Assembly (NCBI RefSeq): GCF_024521635.1
Contig: NW_026250424.1
Coordinates: 62,001-126,000, forward strand
Source: Tricharina praecox
Taxonomy: Eukaryota
DNA length: 64,000 bases
Direction: 5' to 3'
This document shows positions 11,855 through 24,321 of the stretch, piece by piece. Each line of letters begins with the position of its first letter. Within the stretch, counting starts at the first letter, position 1. The position numbers were made by a program, and so were the translations under genes. The notes below the pieces were generated by a model that had not been told where the DNA came from, made no database searches, and worked only from the letters and a program-made list of their open reading frames with translations.

Positions 11855-13696
11855 TCACCGCCTTTCCTTGTCCTCCCTTTCCTCCCTCAAGCACCTTGAG
11901 CACATACAAGCGCCGCCCAGGCACCCCATCATCCACTCCCTACGCTCCTTGTATGGCAGAGAGTTGTCACAGTAGCAGCTCATCAGCTCCTGTCCTTCCC
12001 TTACGGCGATGCCACTGTCATCTTTACCCACGCCCCAGAACCTCATGATTCCCGCGCACTCCCAGCGGACGCTGGGTTCGCAGTCGTGGTTGACGAGCGA
12101 GTAGAGGGTGTGTGCCGCCGCCGCCTCTGTTTCTCCGTGCGCATTCAGCCGGCCGCTGGCGGTCCCGCGGAACTTGGCGATGAGCGTGTTGACGACCCAT
12201 GTATCCCACCAGTCTGGTCGAGACACCTCCGTAGAGAGCGATGTGTGCTTCCCAGAGAAAACATCGATTCCCAGCGCCTCAAGGATGCCAATGACACCAC
12301 GGACATTCTCCTCCCAGCCCCAGCCGATCCGGAGCTCCAGCACCTCGACGGGCGGCACGCCATATAGGTACTTGGTCTCCTCAAGCTCGAGTGGGTGCAC
12401 TCCCTGAGTGAGCGCCATGGCAAAAGCCTTCATCATCAGCAAGGCGTAGACTGCACCGCCAGGCTGCGAGGACTTGGCAATTTGCAGTTCTGATTGCTGG
12501 AGTGCTGCGCGGTGGATCAGTGCGATGGGGCGACAGCAGAGTGCGGGGTGGTACTTGGTCATTGCCATATCCCGACAGTGCGCCGAGCACCATACCGGGA
12601 CGACCGCCTCGATTCCCTCCGCTTCCGCGTCGGCGCAAAGATCGCATGTGAATGTTTCCGCTGAGATGACAACCTCCTCCTCCACCTTCCTCTCCTCCTT
12701 CTCCTTCTCCTCGCTGGTCCCCGCGTCACCGGGCAGCTTCAACACCAACTTCGGCCTGCTCGGCAATACCTCCTTCCTCCACCGGCACCCACAGTATTCG
12801 CACAGGCCGCCCTCCACCGGATCCGTCACGACCGTGAGCACGCTCTCCTCGCGCATACAAATCTCGCCGGCCTTGATATCCCTCTTCGCAAACACGCCCA
12901 AGTGCTTCGTCACACCGAGTACCTCGGCGGTCTCGCTCAGAAGCGGCAGGTTAACCACCCTCACCTCGACGCAATCCGAGCTTCCAGGCACCACACACTC
13001 ATTCAGGTGCATGACGGTCTCGGCCGAGAACCTATCGGGTTCGTGGGAGTTCCATGGATATACCAGCCTCCTCGCGCGACCACCCTTCCCCTCTGCCATG
13101 GACTCTACCGCCTCGAGCACATCGCGGAACCCCCGTTCCTCGGGGAACCGTCGCATCCCGAGCCGCGCATACTCGCCGGCCTGTTTGCCACAGCCGACCT
13201 CCTTCAGCGCTGTGGCCAGCAGTAGCAGCGATTCCTCCTCCAGCTGCCCCAAAAGGGTCTCAACATCACCCCCCTCCTCCTCCGCCACCACCGCGCGAAG
13301 GTGGAGCACCGCCTGGGTAGCCGCGTGGAACTCTTCCGCATCTGTTCTTCCTTCCTCCTCCCCCTCCTCCCCCTCCTCCCCCTCCTCCTCCTCCTCTGCT
13401 TCATCATCCTCATCCTCATCCACCTCACCCTCACCCTCCTCTTCCTCACCCCCCCTTCCCGGCGCCTCCAACGAGAGCTCCTCCTCTTCGCTATAGCCCC
13501 TCACATAGTCCGTCAAGAGCACAGCGCGGTACGCATCTCCGGCAGCGAGGTCGGGGTATTTCTGCGCGAGGTATGCGCGAGCGCGCTCGAGGTAGAGCGT
13601 GGGATCGTACGCGCCCGTGCCGTAGGCTAGCTGTTTGGTGAGCTCGGCGAGAGCATTCTTCGAGGTGGGGGAGGGTGCGGACGAGATGACGGTCAT
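11855..13696 (-). CDS. SET-domain protein (SMYD/Set5-like putative lysine methyltransferase) with N-terminal TPR-like helix
   Basis: Single long ORF with first ATG at 13696. GVFAKRDIKAGE (SET-N), inserted Cys cluster (CEYC..CDLC..WCSAHC), NHDCEPS, ELMSCYCD, post-SET CMCSRC. Confidence 0.85.
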   Translation of the reverse strand: MTVISSAPSPTSKNALAELTKQLAYGTGAYDPTLYLERARAYLAQKYPDLAAGDAYRAVLLTDYVRGYSEEEELSLEAPGRGGEEEEGEGEVDEDEDDEAEEEEEGEEGEEGEEEGRTDAEEFHAATQAVLHLRAVVAEEEGGDVETLLGQLEEESLLLLATALKEVGCGKQAGEYARLGMRRFPEERGFRDVLEAVESMAEGKGGRARRLVYPWNSHEPDRFSAETVMHLNECVVPGSSDCVEVRVVNLPLLSETAEVLGVTKHLGVFAKRDIKAGEICMREESVLTVVTDPVEGGLCEYCGCRWRKEVLPSRPKLVLKLPGDAGTSEEKEKEERKVEEEVVISAETFTCDLCADAEAEGIEAVVPVWCSAHCRDMAMTKYHPALCCRPIALIHRAALQQSELQIAKSSQPGGAVYALLMMKAFAMALTQGVHPLELEETKYLYGVPPVEVLELRIGWGWEENVRGVIGILEALGIDVFSGKHTSLSTEVSRPDWWDTWVVNTLIAKFRGTASGRLNAHGETEAAAAHTLYSLVNHDCEPSVRWECAGIMRFWGVGKDDSGIAVREGQELMSCYCDNSLPYKERREWMMGCLGGACMCSRCLREEREDKERR

Positions 13697-15114
13697 GGCG
13701 GGGTTGGCTGCTGTGTGCACTCTGGACTCTGGAGGGATAGTGTAGGAGAGAATTAGATGCGGATCGGTTCGTGGAACGTGAGATTACTTCGAGCGCTAAG
13801 TAGTGCCGTGCGACCAGGCTTTATGTAGAGTAGAGTAACTACACACATGGGACTGCGCTGCCAGACTCCATTCAAGCTTGAGTGGCCATTCTCTCCCGGT
13901 GGGCTGGATTCTTGGAATGCTATCAACTCTTATTCTATCCCACTCCGTCTGATGGACTCGAATCATTTTTTTCGTATGGTAGAGTATTAATTGCTCGCGC
14001 GACCCGAGTAAGTAAAAAAGCATCTGGATCATGGCAACACTGTACAGGTATGCATACGTACACCGACTCCCATCCACCGTCCAACCCGCCCTCGACCAGT
14101 ACGCAACGGCTCCCGAGTCCCCAGTCCCCAGTCCCCGTGGCCTCCGCCCTACCTAGTCATTTCCAAAGAAGCTATGTAGGAAAAGCCAGTATCAACTCCC
14201 GAGCCCCCATTCCGCCTCGGCCGCTGTCGCCTCCCCTCATCAGGAGGAGTCATGGATGGGTGTGTGAGAACCCTCGAATCCAGGACTTCCGCCTCTCCAG
14301 CCTGCGGTTCGTCCGCTCAAAGCTCCAATCTCGCAGCGCTCACTGCCCCTTGGCTCGCCATTAAGCACCCCGCACCCCGCACGCCGAGTGATACACTATG
14401 CAACCGCAACCAATGGCTCCATCGTGATTCGTGAAGCAGCACTTACTGTCCTCTACTCTAAAGAATCTGTGGCTTGGGAGAGCGGGCTTGGAATCGGTTG
14501 TGGAGGTGGAGGTGGAGGTGGAGGTGGAGTACCTATCCCGCAAGACGATAGAGAAGGTACATAGGTAGTGCTTGCGGGGTTTGGGGCACACATGAGCACA
14601 ATATGATATTGTAGACACCGATGTAGGTAGAGTATCGAGCGGCGATGTAGTGGAATGTATAGTAGAATGTATAGTAGGAATACGGTACGTGTTATGCTTT
14701 TGCTAGATCGCTAGTTCGTACTCGTCGAATACATGTGCTGTCACTCGTTCAACGAGCGATCTCTCACGAGTCAAGCTTCAGTATTTAATTCTTCGTCCTT
14801 CCCATCCTTCTTTCCTATCCTTCTCTCCCACCATCTCTCCTCCCATCTCTCTCACCATCTCCTCTTCTCATCTCACGAGCTCACCACCTGCGACCCACAA
14901 CATATTCAATCTTCTGCAATGTTCGAATTGAAATCGAACCAACTCACCCACTCGCTACAGTAAGCCACCCGATTATATAATCCTTCTTCTCAAATTGTGT
15001 TGACACATACCTCTGGAAAATCAAGAGAAAATGTCTCTAAGAACCAGAAGCGCTACACGACCTAGAAGAAGCTCAACAATCGCGGCAAAGGCTACCGTCA
15101 AGAAGACCGCCGAG

Positions 15115-15177
15115 AAGAAGAAGAAGAAGAAGAAGAAGAAGAAGAAGAAGAAGAAGAAGAAGAAGAAGAAGAAGAAG
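15115..15177. repeat. (AAG)21 microsatellite
   Basis: Perfect trinucleotide run inside cassette copy A, read as poly-Lys. Confidence 0.95.
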
Positions 15178-15568
15178 GCTGCCGCAAAGCCCAAGGGCAT
15201 TAGCAAGCGCGCGCCTTCGCCCCCGCTCCCCCGCCTCCTCCGGCCGCAGCCTTCGTCCCCGCTCCCACCCGGCACCACCAGGTGCACGGTAGAGTACACC
15301 TGGCTTTCGGCAAGAACAGCTAGTATAGTAAAGCTGTCGCAGCCACGGCAGAGACCCATTCCAGGGTAAACGGAAAAGCGAGACAATAACAACCTGCAGC
15401 TATCAAGGACACCTCTGCATGCGCAGGCGGCGTACGACAGTGAAACGATGATCAGGCAAGTATGCATAGAAAAGATAATTGCGAGCTAGAAGAAGAAAGA
15501 AAAGACCATGACTAGGGAAAGGGTATTGATTGACGAAAAGACCATGGATGGGGTAATGGTGGTGGGCA

Positions 15569-15687
15569 AGGCAAAGACGGTGGACAAGGCAAAGGCGGTG
15601 GACAGGGCAAAGGCGGTGGACAGGGCAAAGGCGGTGGACAGGGCAAAGGCGGTGGACAGGGCAAAGGCGGTGGACAGGGCAAAGGCA
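15569..15687. repeat. 18-bp minisatellite GGCAAAGGCGGTGGACAG, about 6 units
   Basis: Tandem units visible; absent from the other two cassette copies. Confidence 0.9.
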
Positions 15688-17728
15688 GCCGATGACTCGG
15701 CCATCTCCGCACTCAAGTCGAGCCTGGTGGTGTGCCGTGGTGTGCCGTAGTGCACACAGAGGTGTCTAGTAAGCTGCAACGCCACGGGTTCCGCAACGAG
15801 GTTTTCCATCGGGTTGAGATGCCCGGTGAGATGCCCGGCGGCATCAAGATGCACATAGAGGTCCCGGACACCTTAGGCTTCCTAGAGTAGCCGTTGGCCC
15901 GATGAGCTGAGGTGTCGCGCCCCCCGGGGGGCTTTACGTGGGAGGGTTACGTGGGAGAGTGGGAGAGTGGGAGAGGAAAGGGCGCGCGGCCGAGCTGCTT
16001 CGCTGCTTTGCGAGGTTACAACGACGATTAAGTAACGGTATGCCGGAGCTGGAGGGGAGGGGGGGGGGGGGGTGCGGTGGGTGGAGCTGGGGGTGGGGTC
16101 GTCTTTTTTTTTCTGTTTTTTTCTTCTTTTCTTCTTTTTCTTCTTTTCCAATCATAATCTTCAAAATAAACGATCAACCACTACCTTCTCTTTCTCCTCT
16201 TTTCCCACGTATGTTCTCCATCTCTCGACCAACCACCTTCCAGCCCGAAGGCTGCAGAGGCATTAGCGAATTACGAGCCCTCGCAAATGCCAAAAACGGC
16301 GAGGCAGCTTTTCGTCCACTGGCTGGCTGGCTGGCTGGCTGGCTGGTGCAGCAGTTTCCTGTCCCGTCTTCAGCTGGCAGGATCTTGAGGCCTGGCTGGA
16401 CCATCTACTCTACTTTGCGAACGGCAAGGTCATCGGCTGCGGCATAGCTTGGCCTAGGTATCCGTCAGCCTTCTCGATTTATTTCCAGCAACGCCTTTGC
16501 GTGGCCACTGGCCGGACCGCAGAGTGCCGAGTGACCTACAGTGACCTACAGTGACCCCGTAACCCCGTAATAGGGCCCACGCAACGAATGGCGACCAGAG
16601 TGGAGCAGCAGCTACAGTGAAGCAGCATCTAGGGATCTGTGGCTGGAAGAGCAGGCTGGAAGAAGAAGTACATGCATCTTACCTGCTAGGCACCTAATGT
16701 ATGTATGCCTAAGTCCCAAGGCTAGACCGCATAGCTATTACGCATGGCCAGACTGGATGGCCACCTATTATGGATCGCTATGGACACTTGACACTTGTTT
16801 CCCCATTCACCCTGCACGTATCTACCGAAACACAAGCCTAGAAAGGAACAGTCACGAGTGAGCTTGGAAGAACAATCACCGCCCAAAGCCAAAGCCAGCC
16901 AGACGTCGGCCGGCCGCAACCTGCAGATTCAGATTCACATTCACATCCCCATTCCCATTCCCATTCCCATTCCCATTCCCATCCCCATCCAGACTCGTCA
17001 CTGCATGGCCAGTATGGCTACATAATATACCAATTGTGTATTATCGCTCAGTGATCGCTGTGAATGCTTATGTATTTCTCCATTCACCCCGCCCCCAGCA
17101 CACCTACACCAGCACCTGCACATATATTTCTCTCCACCTCCGCCCACCTTGCTCACTCACACCCCATATCACCCATCACACCCCATCATCAAGCAGCTAA
17201 AAACTAACATTATTTTACATCGTCCCCCATAGCCCCATCCCCCCCCCCCCCCCCCCTCTGCAGTCAAACGAACGTTAAAGATAGAGTAAGTATGCTCGCA
17301 GCTCCGCTCAGCGCTCGCAGCCAGCAGCAGCCCGTAGCAGCCTATAGGCTGTAGGCTGTAGGTATATGCTATGTGTAGAAAGATCGAAAGATCGCGAAGA
17401 AAAAACGAGAGATATGTATAAAAAAAACGCCCGTCTGTCCACTCAAGTCAAGCCAAGTCCAAGCAGAAAAAAGCACACCTCTAACTACCAATACCAGTAA
17501 CAAGTACATACCTAATCAATATAAACCTCAGTAAAAAGAGTCGAGTCCAGTAACAAACGCTGAAAAGCAACAACCAACAACCAAATCATGCTCCGAAACA
17601 CCAAGGAAGAAAAGATTCCCAACATCCTATCCTCCAAACGCAGCAATCAAAAGAAAAAGAAACGCCTTGAACAGATCGGCTCCAAACGACAAACGACAAT
17701 CGGCCAATCGACAAACGACAGACCAAGC

Positions 17729-20700
17729 TTATGTCCTGTGTTTATGTCCCCCCTGCCTCACCTCCACCACCGTCTCCTTCCTTGTCTCCACCACCTTCTC
17801 CACTAGCAACGTCTCCTTCCTCGTCTCCACTTGCACCTCCACCTGCTTCCCTTTCCCCACCCCCTTCCCCTTATCCTTCTCTTCCCCCTCTTCTTTCCCC
17901 TCCCTCTCCCCCTTATCCTTCCCCTCTTCTTTATCTTCCCCCTTCCCCACCCCCACCTCCTCCCCCTCCCCCTCTTTCTCCTCCTCCTCCCCCTCCTTCC
18001 CCTTATCTTGCTCCTTCAACCCCTCACAAAGCGTCTTCTCCAACCCCCTAAAATTAACCGGCTTAACCATGAACGAATCAACACCCGCAGAGAAAGCCTC
18101 TCTCTGATCGCTAGCCGTATCCAGTCCCGTAAGCGCAACAATAAAGCTTCTCTTCTGCTTCTTCGCCGTCTTCGCCTCCTCGTCCGTCTGCTGCTGCTGC
18201 TCGGCTAAGTACCGTCGAATCTCGCGCGTGGACTCGATGCCGGACATGATTGGCATTTCTATTTGTTGTTAGTCGTTGCTCAGTAGTGGGGAGGGGGGGA
18301 AAGGGGGGGGGGGGGGACAAACGCAGGTCCATCAGGATAATATCGTAGCCGCCGTCCTTCGCCTTGACCTTTTCGAGGGCCTCGAGGCCATCGACGGCGG
18401 TATCGAATGGGTAGCCGTTCTTGCGCAGGAACGTGACGAGGAGCATGAGGTTGATCCTGTTATCCTCGACCGCGAGGACGCTCGGTTTCGTTGGTGCGGG
18501 TGCGGGTGTGGTGTCTGCAGTGGTTGCGGTGGTGATGGTGGTGGTGGTGGTGGTGGGGAGGGTGAGAGTTCCCGTCGTCGTCGACGGCAGCGCAGGCGTG
18601 CGCTTCAGCGGGGGAAGCGCGATGCGCCCGGATACCGAGCCGATGGAGGACGACGAGGACGAGGTGTCGCTGGCGGCGTTGCGGCGCGGCGCCTGCCAGC
18701 GCGTGACCTTGGTGCCGAAGAAGCTGTCGATGGCGGTAGCGGAGGGCGGGGTCGACGGGGCGTTGCTGGACGAGACGGAGGCGGACTCAGACTCGTTGGC
18801 GACGTCGTCGTCCTCCTCGTCGCTGTAGGCTGAGAACTCCTCGTTCGCGGTGTCGTACTCTGAGCTATTATCCTGCCGCCGCATCTCGTCGAGGCAGAAG
18901 GCGAGGGCGCGCGCGAACTTCTTTGGGCCGCACGGCTTGCGCACGAAGGTCGAGACGCGGCCGGCGAAGCGCGAGGCGCCGCCATCGACGGGCGGGTGGC
19001 TGCAGAGGACTATGACGGGTGCGTTGCCGGCGCCGAGCTCGCGCAGCACGTCGTCCTCGCCCTCGCCCTCGTTCGCGATGATGATGTCCACGTCGTCGAG
19101 ACTGCGCGACTCGTCGTCGTGGATCTTCATGCCGAAATGCACCGTGACGTACCGCTCGATCGAGTTGCGCAGGAAGTTGGCCGCGTCCGCCATCGGACAC
19201 GGCGCTTGCGTCCGCAGGAACGTCTGGAAGCCCACCATGCGGATCTTCATTCCCGCCGCGAGACTGCGCACGTCGAGCGCATCGTCGACGCGCTCCGACG
19301 GGCTGAGGTTCAGCGTGAGCGGAACCACCCGGTGGATCAGAGGTACCGACACCGTCACCTTCGTGCCCTTACCGACTTGGCTCTTGACGTCGATCTTGCC
19401 GTCCATCACGTCGATGATCTGGCGCACAATGCTCATTCCCAGGCCCGCACCCGCAGCGAGCGGATTCTGCTGGCTGAACGGGGTGAACAACTTGGTCTTG
19501 AGGAACTCCCTGCTGATTCCCTTTCCGGAGTCGGAGACGGACAGTTTCACCATCGCGCGCTTGTTCCCCTGTGCGTCTGGCGCCATGTCCTCGGCGCGCA
19601 GCCGCACACGGACCCAGCCAGACTCGGTGTACTTCATGGCGTTGCCCGCGATGTTGTTGATGACCCGCTTCAGCGCCGCCGGATGCGCATAGAACACCCA
19701 TCCGTCGTCGCGGTGGTCGATATCGATGATGACTGTGATCTGGCTCCCATCCTCTCTCGACACGATACCCGACAGCGGCGGGTCACCTGCGGCGCGCGCA
19801 GTGGACTGTTGAAACTCGGAGCCCAGACACACGCCCTCGACGATATCCTGCACGAGGCCGGATAGATCGATGTCGGACTTCTGGTTGTTGACCGTCTTCT
19901 CGATCTGAACTCGATCGTCGTTATCGTCCAGATGCGCGATGCTACGCCGGGCTAGACGGATATCCTTCTCCAGAAGGGAATTGAGCTTCTGGAAGTCGAG
20001 GACGTGGTTGATGGTGTCGAGTAGCGTTGTGCCGCAGGACACTATCGTTTCCACGAACGACCGTTGATACGGATCGACATTGCTCTCGGCTAGGAACTGG
20101 GCGCTGGCCAGGATTCCATGGAGAGGACTGCGGAGCTCGTGCGAGATGCTGGAAATAAACTCGCCCTTTGCTTTGTCGGCTGCGAGATACCCGCATCAGT
20201 ATATAACATTCGAGCCACAAAATGCATGGAGAAAAAAACACACCATTGAAGATAGTCAACCTCGTAGATTCCGCCATGATACAGTTCGCGACGGCAGTGA
20301 CAAAGCTCCCCTCGACATCACCGCTGAAAGTCTTCGTCGCACTAGTAGTCCAAGCAAAACAGACGGCAAACAATTTATGGTTCGGATCGAACAGGGGCAC
20401 GAGGATGATACTCTTGGCACCTGGCAGAAACCGCTGTAGGATGGAGTCCGTCTGCGTATCGTCCGCCTTCTGACTGCGGACTTCGCGCCTCCACTCCTCG
20501 CTGTCGTCGACCAGCGCCACGATCCGCCCCTGCTCATTCTCCTCCACGAGCTTGTTCAGTATCTCCTCGTTGAGCTCCGCCACGTCGAAGCCGAGGTCCT
20601 CGATGTTGTGGGAGCCGCCAGAATCGTTCGAGGAGCCGTTCGACGTTGCGTAGCCCAGGATGCCGCTGCGCCGCCGACACGCCCGGGGGCGCTCCGCGCG

Positions 20701-22343
20701 CGTCGCCTGCTCCGCTTCCTTGTCCGTCGAGATATGCGCCAGCCCGCAGCTGTTGGGCTTGTCGCACGCCTCGGGCCCGAAGAAGCCCTCAAGGTCGCCG
20801 TCCAGGAATACTACGTCGGCGTCGATCGAGCTGCGGATCAGCGTCGCGGCTCGGTAGAACATGGAGCGGAACTGCGGCTCGAACGACGACGTCTTTTCGT
20901 ACGCGGACTGGCGGCGGCAGGCTTGCTCCGATGAGCCCGAACATGACTGCGCTGATGAGCATGCGCCGTCGAAGTAGTGGCTGCCCTCTAGCTTGCCGTT
21001 GAAGTACGACGACGACGACGTCGATGCGGGCGGGGTCAGCAGCGTGTCAGATTGTCGGTATGCCGAGTGGGTTTCCGGGGACGGCGAAGGCAGCGGCCGC
21101 GGCATCGTCGAGGGAAACGTCATCGTGTCCATCAGGGACAGTTCCGTGACGTGCTCGGTGTTGGATGGGTTCATGCACAGCAATGGGTACTGCGGTATGC
21201 GTTTGCCAGCATCGTCCTTAGCACCGGTACCGGCGCCGGCAGCGACTGGCAGATTCGTAGTTCCCGACCGCTGGTGCGTGTCGACATCTGCATTCCGCTC
21301 GCGCATCATCTCGGCAAACTTCCGCTGCTGGAACATCAGTCGCTTGCGCTCGACCATCTTCTTCCTCTCGAGCTCCTTGAGTCTCCTCGCCTCGAGTTCC
21401 TTCCTTTCCAGCAGCCTGCCGTCCCGTCGCTCCGTCATCTCGATGCCCTCGCCGGGCAAGAACCCCTCGGCGATGAAGCGCGACAGCCCCATCTCCATAG
21501 CCCTGCTCTTCTGCAGATCCTTCTTCCCCTGCTTCGTTTCCAGGTAGTTCATGACGATATCGCTCATGCCCGACAGCGTGATCTTCTGGTCCTCGGTCAG
21601 CCCGTCCGGCTTCGGGTGCTCGTCGAACACGCACAGCGTTCCGATCGAGACGCCGTTCGGCGTGCGCAGCGGCGCGGCACAGTAGTAGCGCTTGTGCGGC
21701 CAGCCGGTGACGAACGGGGCATCGCGGTACACGGGATGTTCCGCGAGATCGTTGACCTCGTAGATAAACTCCTGGTCCGCGTCGGGCGAGGGGATCAGGC
21801 CGATCGTCAGCTCGCACAGCGTGCCGCCGCTCGGCATCACGGTGCCGCAGCCGAGCCACAGCTGGTCGCCGGGATCGTGCGTGTGCGGCGAGTTCAGCGA
21901 CAGGCTCTGCGTGGACTCGGCGATGAGGTAGGATTTGCTCGCGCTGGCCACGGTGATCATTGCGCGGCGGCAGTTGAGGATGCGTGCGGTCAGGTTCGTG
22001 AAGCATACCAGCACGGGGTCGTACGAGGCGACGGAGGTGAGCGGCGAGGACTCGGGCAGCGGGCCCAGCGCGCTGGTTCGAGGCGCCTCGGCCGTCGGTG
22101 TGTCTACATCGGGCCGGAAATATCTGTGTGGGGCGGGGAACAAATCGAGTTCGCGCCAGTAAGCCAACCATTCGTTGCACTGCCGTTTGGGGGGGGAAGG
22201 ACCACGAAGAAATCCCGCCACCGCGAAACACAAAAGACGTGTGCGAGGCTTTCTCACTTGAATACCTCACGAATCCGCAGCGAGCGATGCGAGTCTCCCA
22301 GATAGCCCTCCTCCGGCGATGATGACGGGAACGGCGGTGACAT
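17729..22343 (-). CDS. Hybrid sensor histidine kinase (GAF-HisKA-HATPase-REC); 4 exons
   Basis: ATG 22343. Intron 22257-22124 gives RIREVFKYFRPD. GAF (YYCAAPLRTPNGVSIGTLCVFD), H-box SISHELRSPLHGIL, N-box NIAGNAMKYT, G boxes DSGKG and GAGLGMSI, receiver VEDNRIN..MDLQMPIMSG..KP after splicing. Confidence 0.93.
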
Positions 22344-23762
22344 GGCCACGGCAACCAGTGTGTTGCGTTCTCGAAGTTGAGGTCGCCAGTTCTGCTACGC
22401 ACCGATTGTGTCGTCTCGTGCGAGTTTTTTTTGCCGTGTGTCGTGTATAGTATCCGCTCCAGTACGGTCTGTTTTTCCGCTCCGGTGTGTTTTTCGGGAG
22501 GTGGATCGTTTAAAGCGATCTACGGCACGGGCGACAGATGAGGCGAGACGGAGTGTCGGAGGGGTTGTCAGACGGGGTGCAGCAGGAGCCGTGTGTTGTA
22601 GTGCCGTGCGGTGGTGCTGGGGGGTGGTGGTGGTGGTGGTGGTGGACAGTCGATCCGGGTTACTCGAGGAGTTCCTTTCTCGGGGCAGTAAGTGTGTAGT
22701 ATGTAACCGCAGACGTGTGAAGATGCTTGGTATGCTGTGTATAGTATGGAGGATGGGAGGCGCGTGTGGGTGTGTGTGATCTATGTGTGGTGTGTTGCTG
22801 GCTGGCTGGAGAGACAGAAGGAGAAGAGAAGAAAGAGAGGTTTTCCGTGATCGTCCCGCCACCTCGATCGATATTCGTTCACTACGGCAGAGCACTCTAC
22901 TTTCTATGCACGGTCCGCAAAACCGGATGTCATCCCCAGGATTGTGGCTTTTCCTTCGCAGCAGCAGCGAGCGAGTAACTATTCTGCTATGTACCCGCCG
23001 TTCGTCGCCCTACCCTGATGATGGAGTGCAATGCAGCACCCAGAGCATGTAATTCGGGGGTGGAGTGGTGGCTGTCATGGATGAGCGAGCGATCCCTCCC
23101 TCCCCACCACTGGAACGGCGGAGAGTTCTCCTCCCCGCGCGCGCCCCCTCGCCCTTCCCGTCCGGTAACACTCACACAAATACGAAGGGGACAACCAAGT
23201 GCTCTAGACGGACGGACGGATCGCCAAACAGACCCAACACGGGGGGGCGAACCACCTGAACCGCCTGAACCACACGAACCACACGAACCACCTCCATCGT
23301 CCAAAGTCCACAGAACGAACCGGCCGGCCACCAAAACAGAGTAGATGGAGTGCAGTCGAATTCTGCATGGCGTAGCCAGTACCGCATCGAGCCAAGGCAG
23401 CCAGGAAGCCAGGAAGCCAGCCAGAAGAGAGACATCCATCTCGCTCGTTGGCCGTGCGTTCGTACTCCATGTAGGTGAGCACCGTGGTGCAAAGTCCACC
23501 TGGAACTTAAACCCGTCTCCGGGTGTCTTGGTTGCAGCGAACCACAACTATGCCTGGACCATCATGGGGCTAGTCAATTAGAGGAGCAATCTCGGATGCT
23601 CTCCACTCTCCTCATGGTGGTGGTGTGAAGACTTTGATGTTTGCGCCTTCGGAGAAAGCCGCAGCCCAGGGCGGATCTTGCACTTTCGTCGGACCCGCAG
23701 CCCCAGCAGGGCACTTCTATCATACACAGCATATGTGGAATCCAGATTCTATGGATGTATGC

Positions 23763-23849
23763 GCGGTCTGCGGTTCGCTCTGCGGTCTGCGGTCTGCGGT
23801 CTGCGGTCTGCGGTCTGCGGTCTGCGGTCTGCGGTCTGCGGTCTGCGGT
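23763..23849. repeat. (GCGGTCT)n heptanucleotide tandem repeat
   Basis: About 12 near-perfect units. Confidence 0.9.
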
Positions 23850-24037
23850 TCGCTCTGCGCTCTGCGGTCGCAGTCCAGAAACAAATAAATCCGATCTTGC
23901 ATGCCATCCACCCCTCCCACCACCCACCACCCTTAACACCGGGCCCGGGTCTTTCTAATCGCAGGTCGTGCTCCCCCACCCCCGGCCAAGCCGAAGCGGA
24001 GCCAGGATAGGGCCCCCACACACCCACACACTCACTA

Positions 24038-24321
24038 GAGAGGACGGACAGTACTCGGAGACGGGTCCAAGTCGAATGCCAAGAGATTGGCGGCCTAGCG
24101 CTTGCTTGGAAACGGTCTAGCGCAACATATAAAGGCCTAGCGTGAGTGTTCTGTGACTCAGGTTAGTCAGCTTTGCGCGTTGAAGCTCTAACTTTATTTG
24201 TCGGGAAAAAAGAAAACCCATCAAAAAAAGAAACAACGAAAGAAAAAACAATTATCCCTAAACTCCTCTCCTAGCGCGTCTGGGCATTCGGGACCCGTCT
24301 CCGAGTACTGTCCGTCCTCTC
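24038..24321. mobile_element. MITE, 284 bp, perfect 31-bp TIRs, TA target duplication
   Basis: 24036-24068 TAGAGAGGACGGACAGTACTCGGAGACGGGTCC is the exact reverse complement of 24291-24323. Confidence 0.92.

Larger units (their letters stand above)
14384..16445 (+). repeat. Dispersed gene-like repeat cassette, copy A (decayed)
   Basis: Collinear similarity to 42885-44230 (+) and 30265-32500 (-). ATG 15031 opens MSLRTRSATRPRRSSTIAAKATVKKTAEK. Confidence 0.85.

Noticed and set aside
21052..22402. Long alternative-frame ORFs (417 aa +, 394 aa -) over the kinase, and similar shadows over myosin, SET and CYP505
   Set aside because: Antisense or off-frame artefacts of GC-rich codon usage, with no protein motifs.
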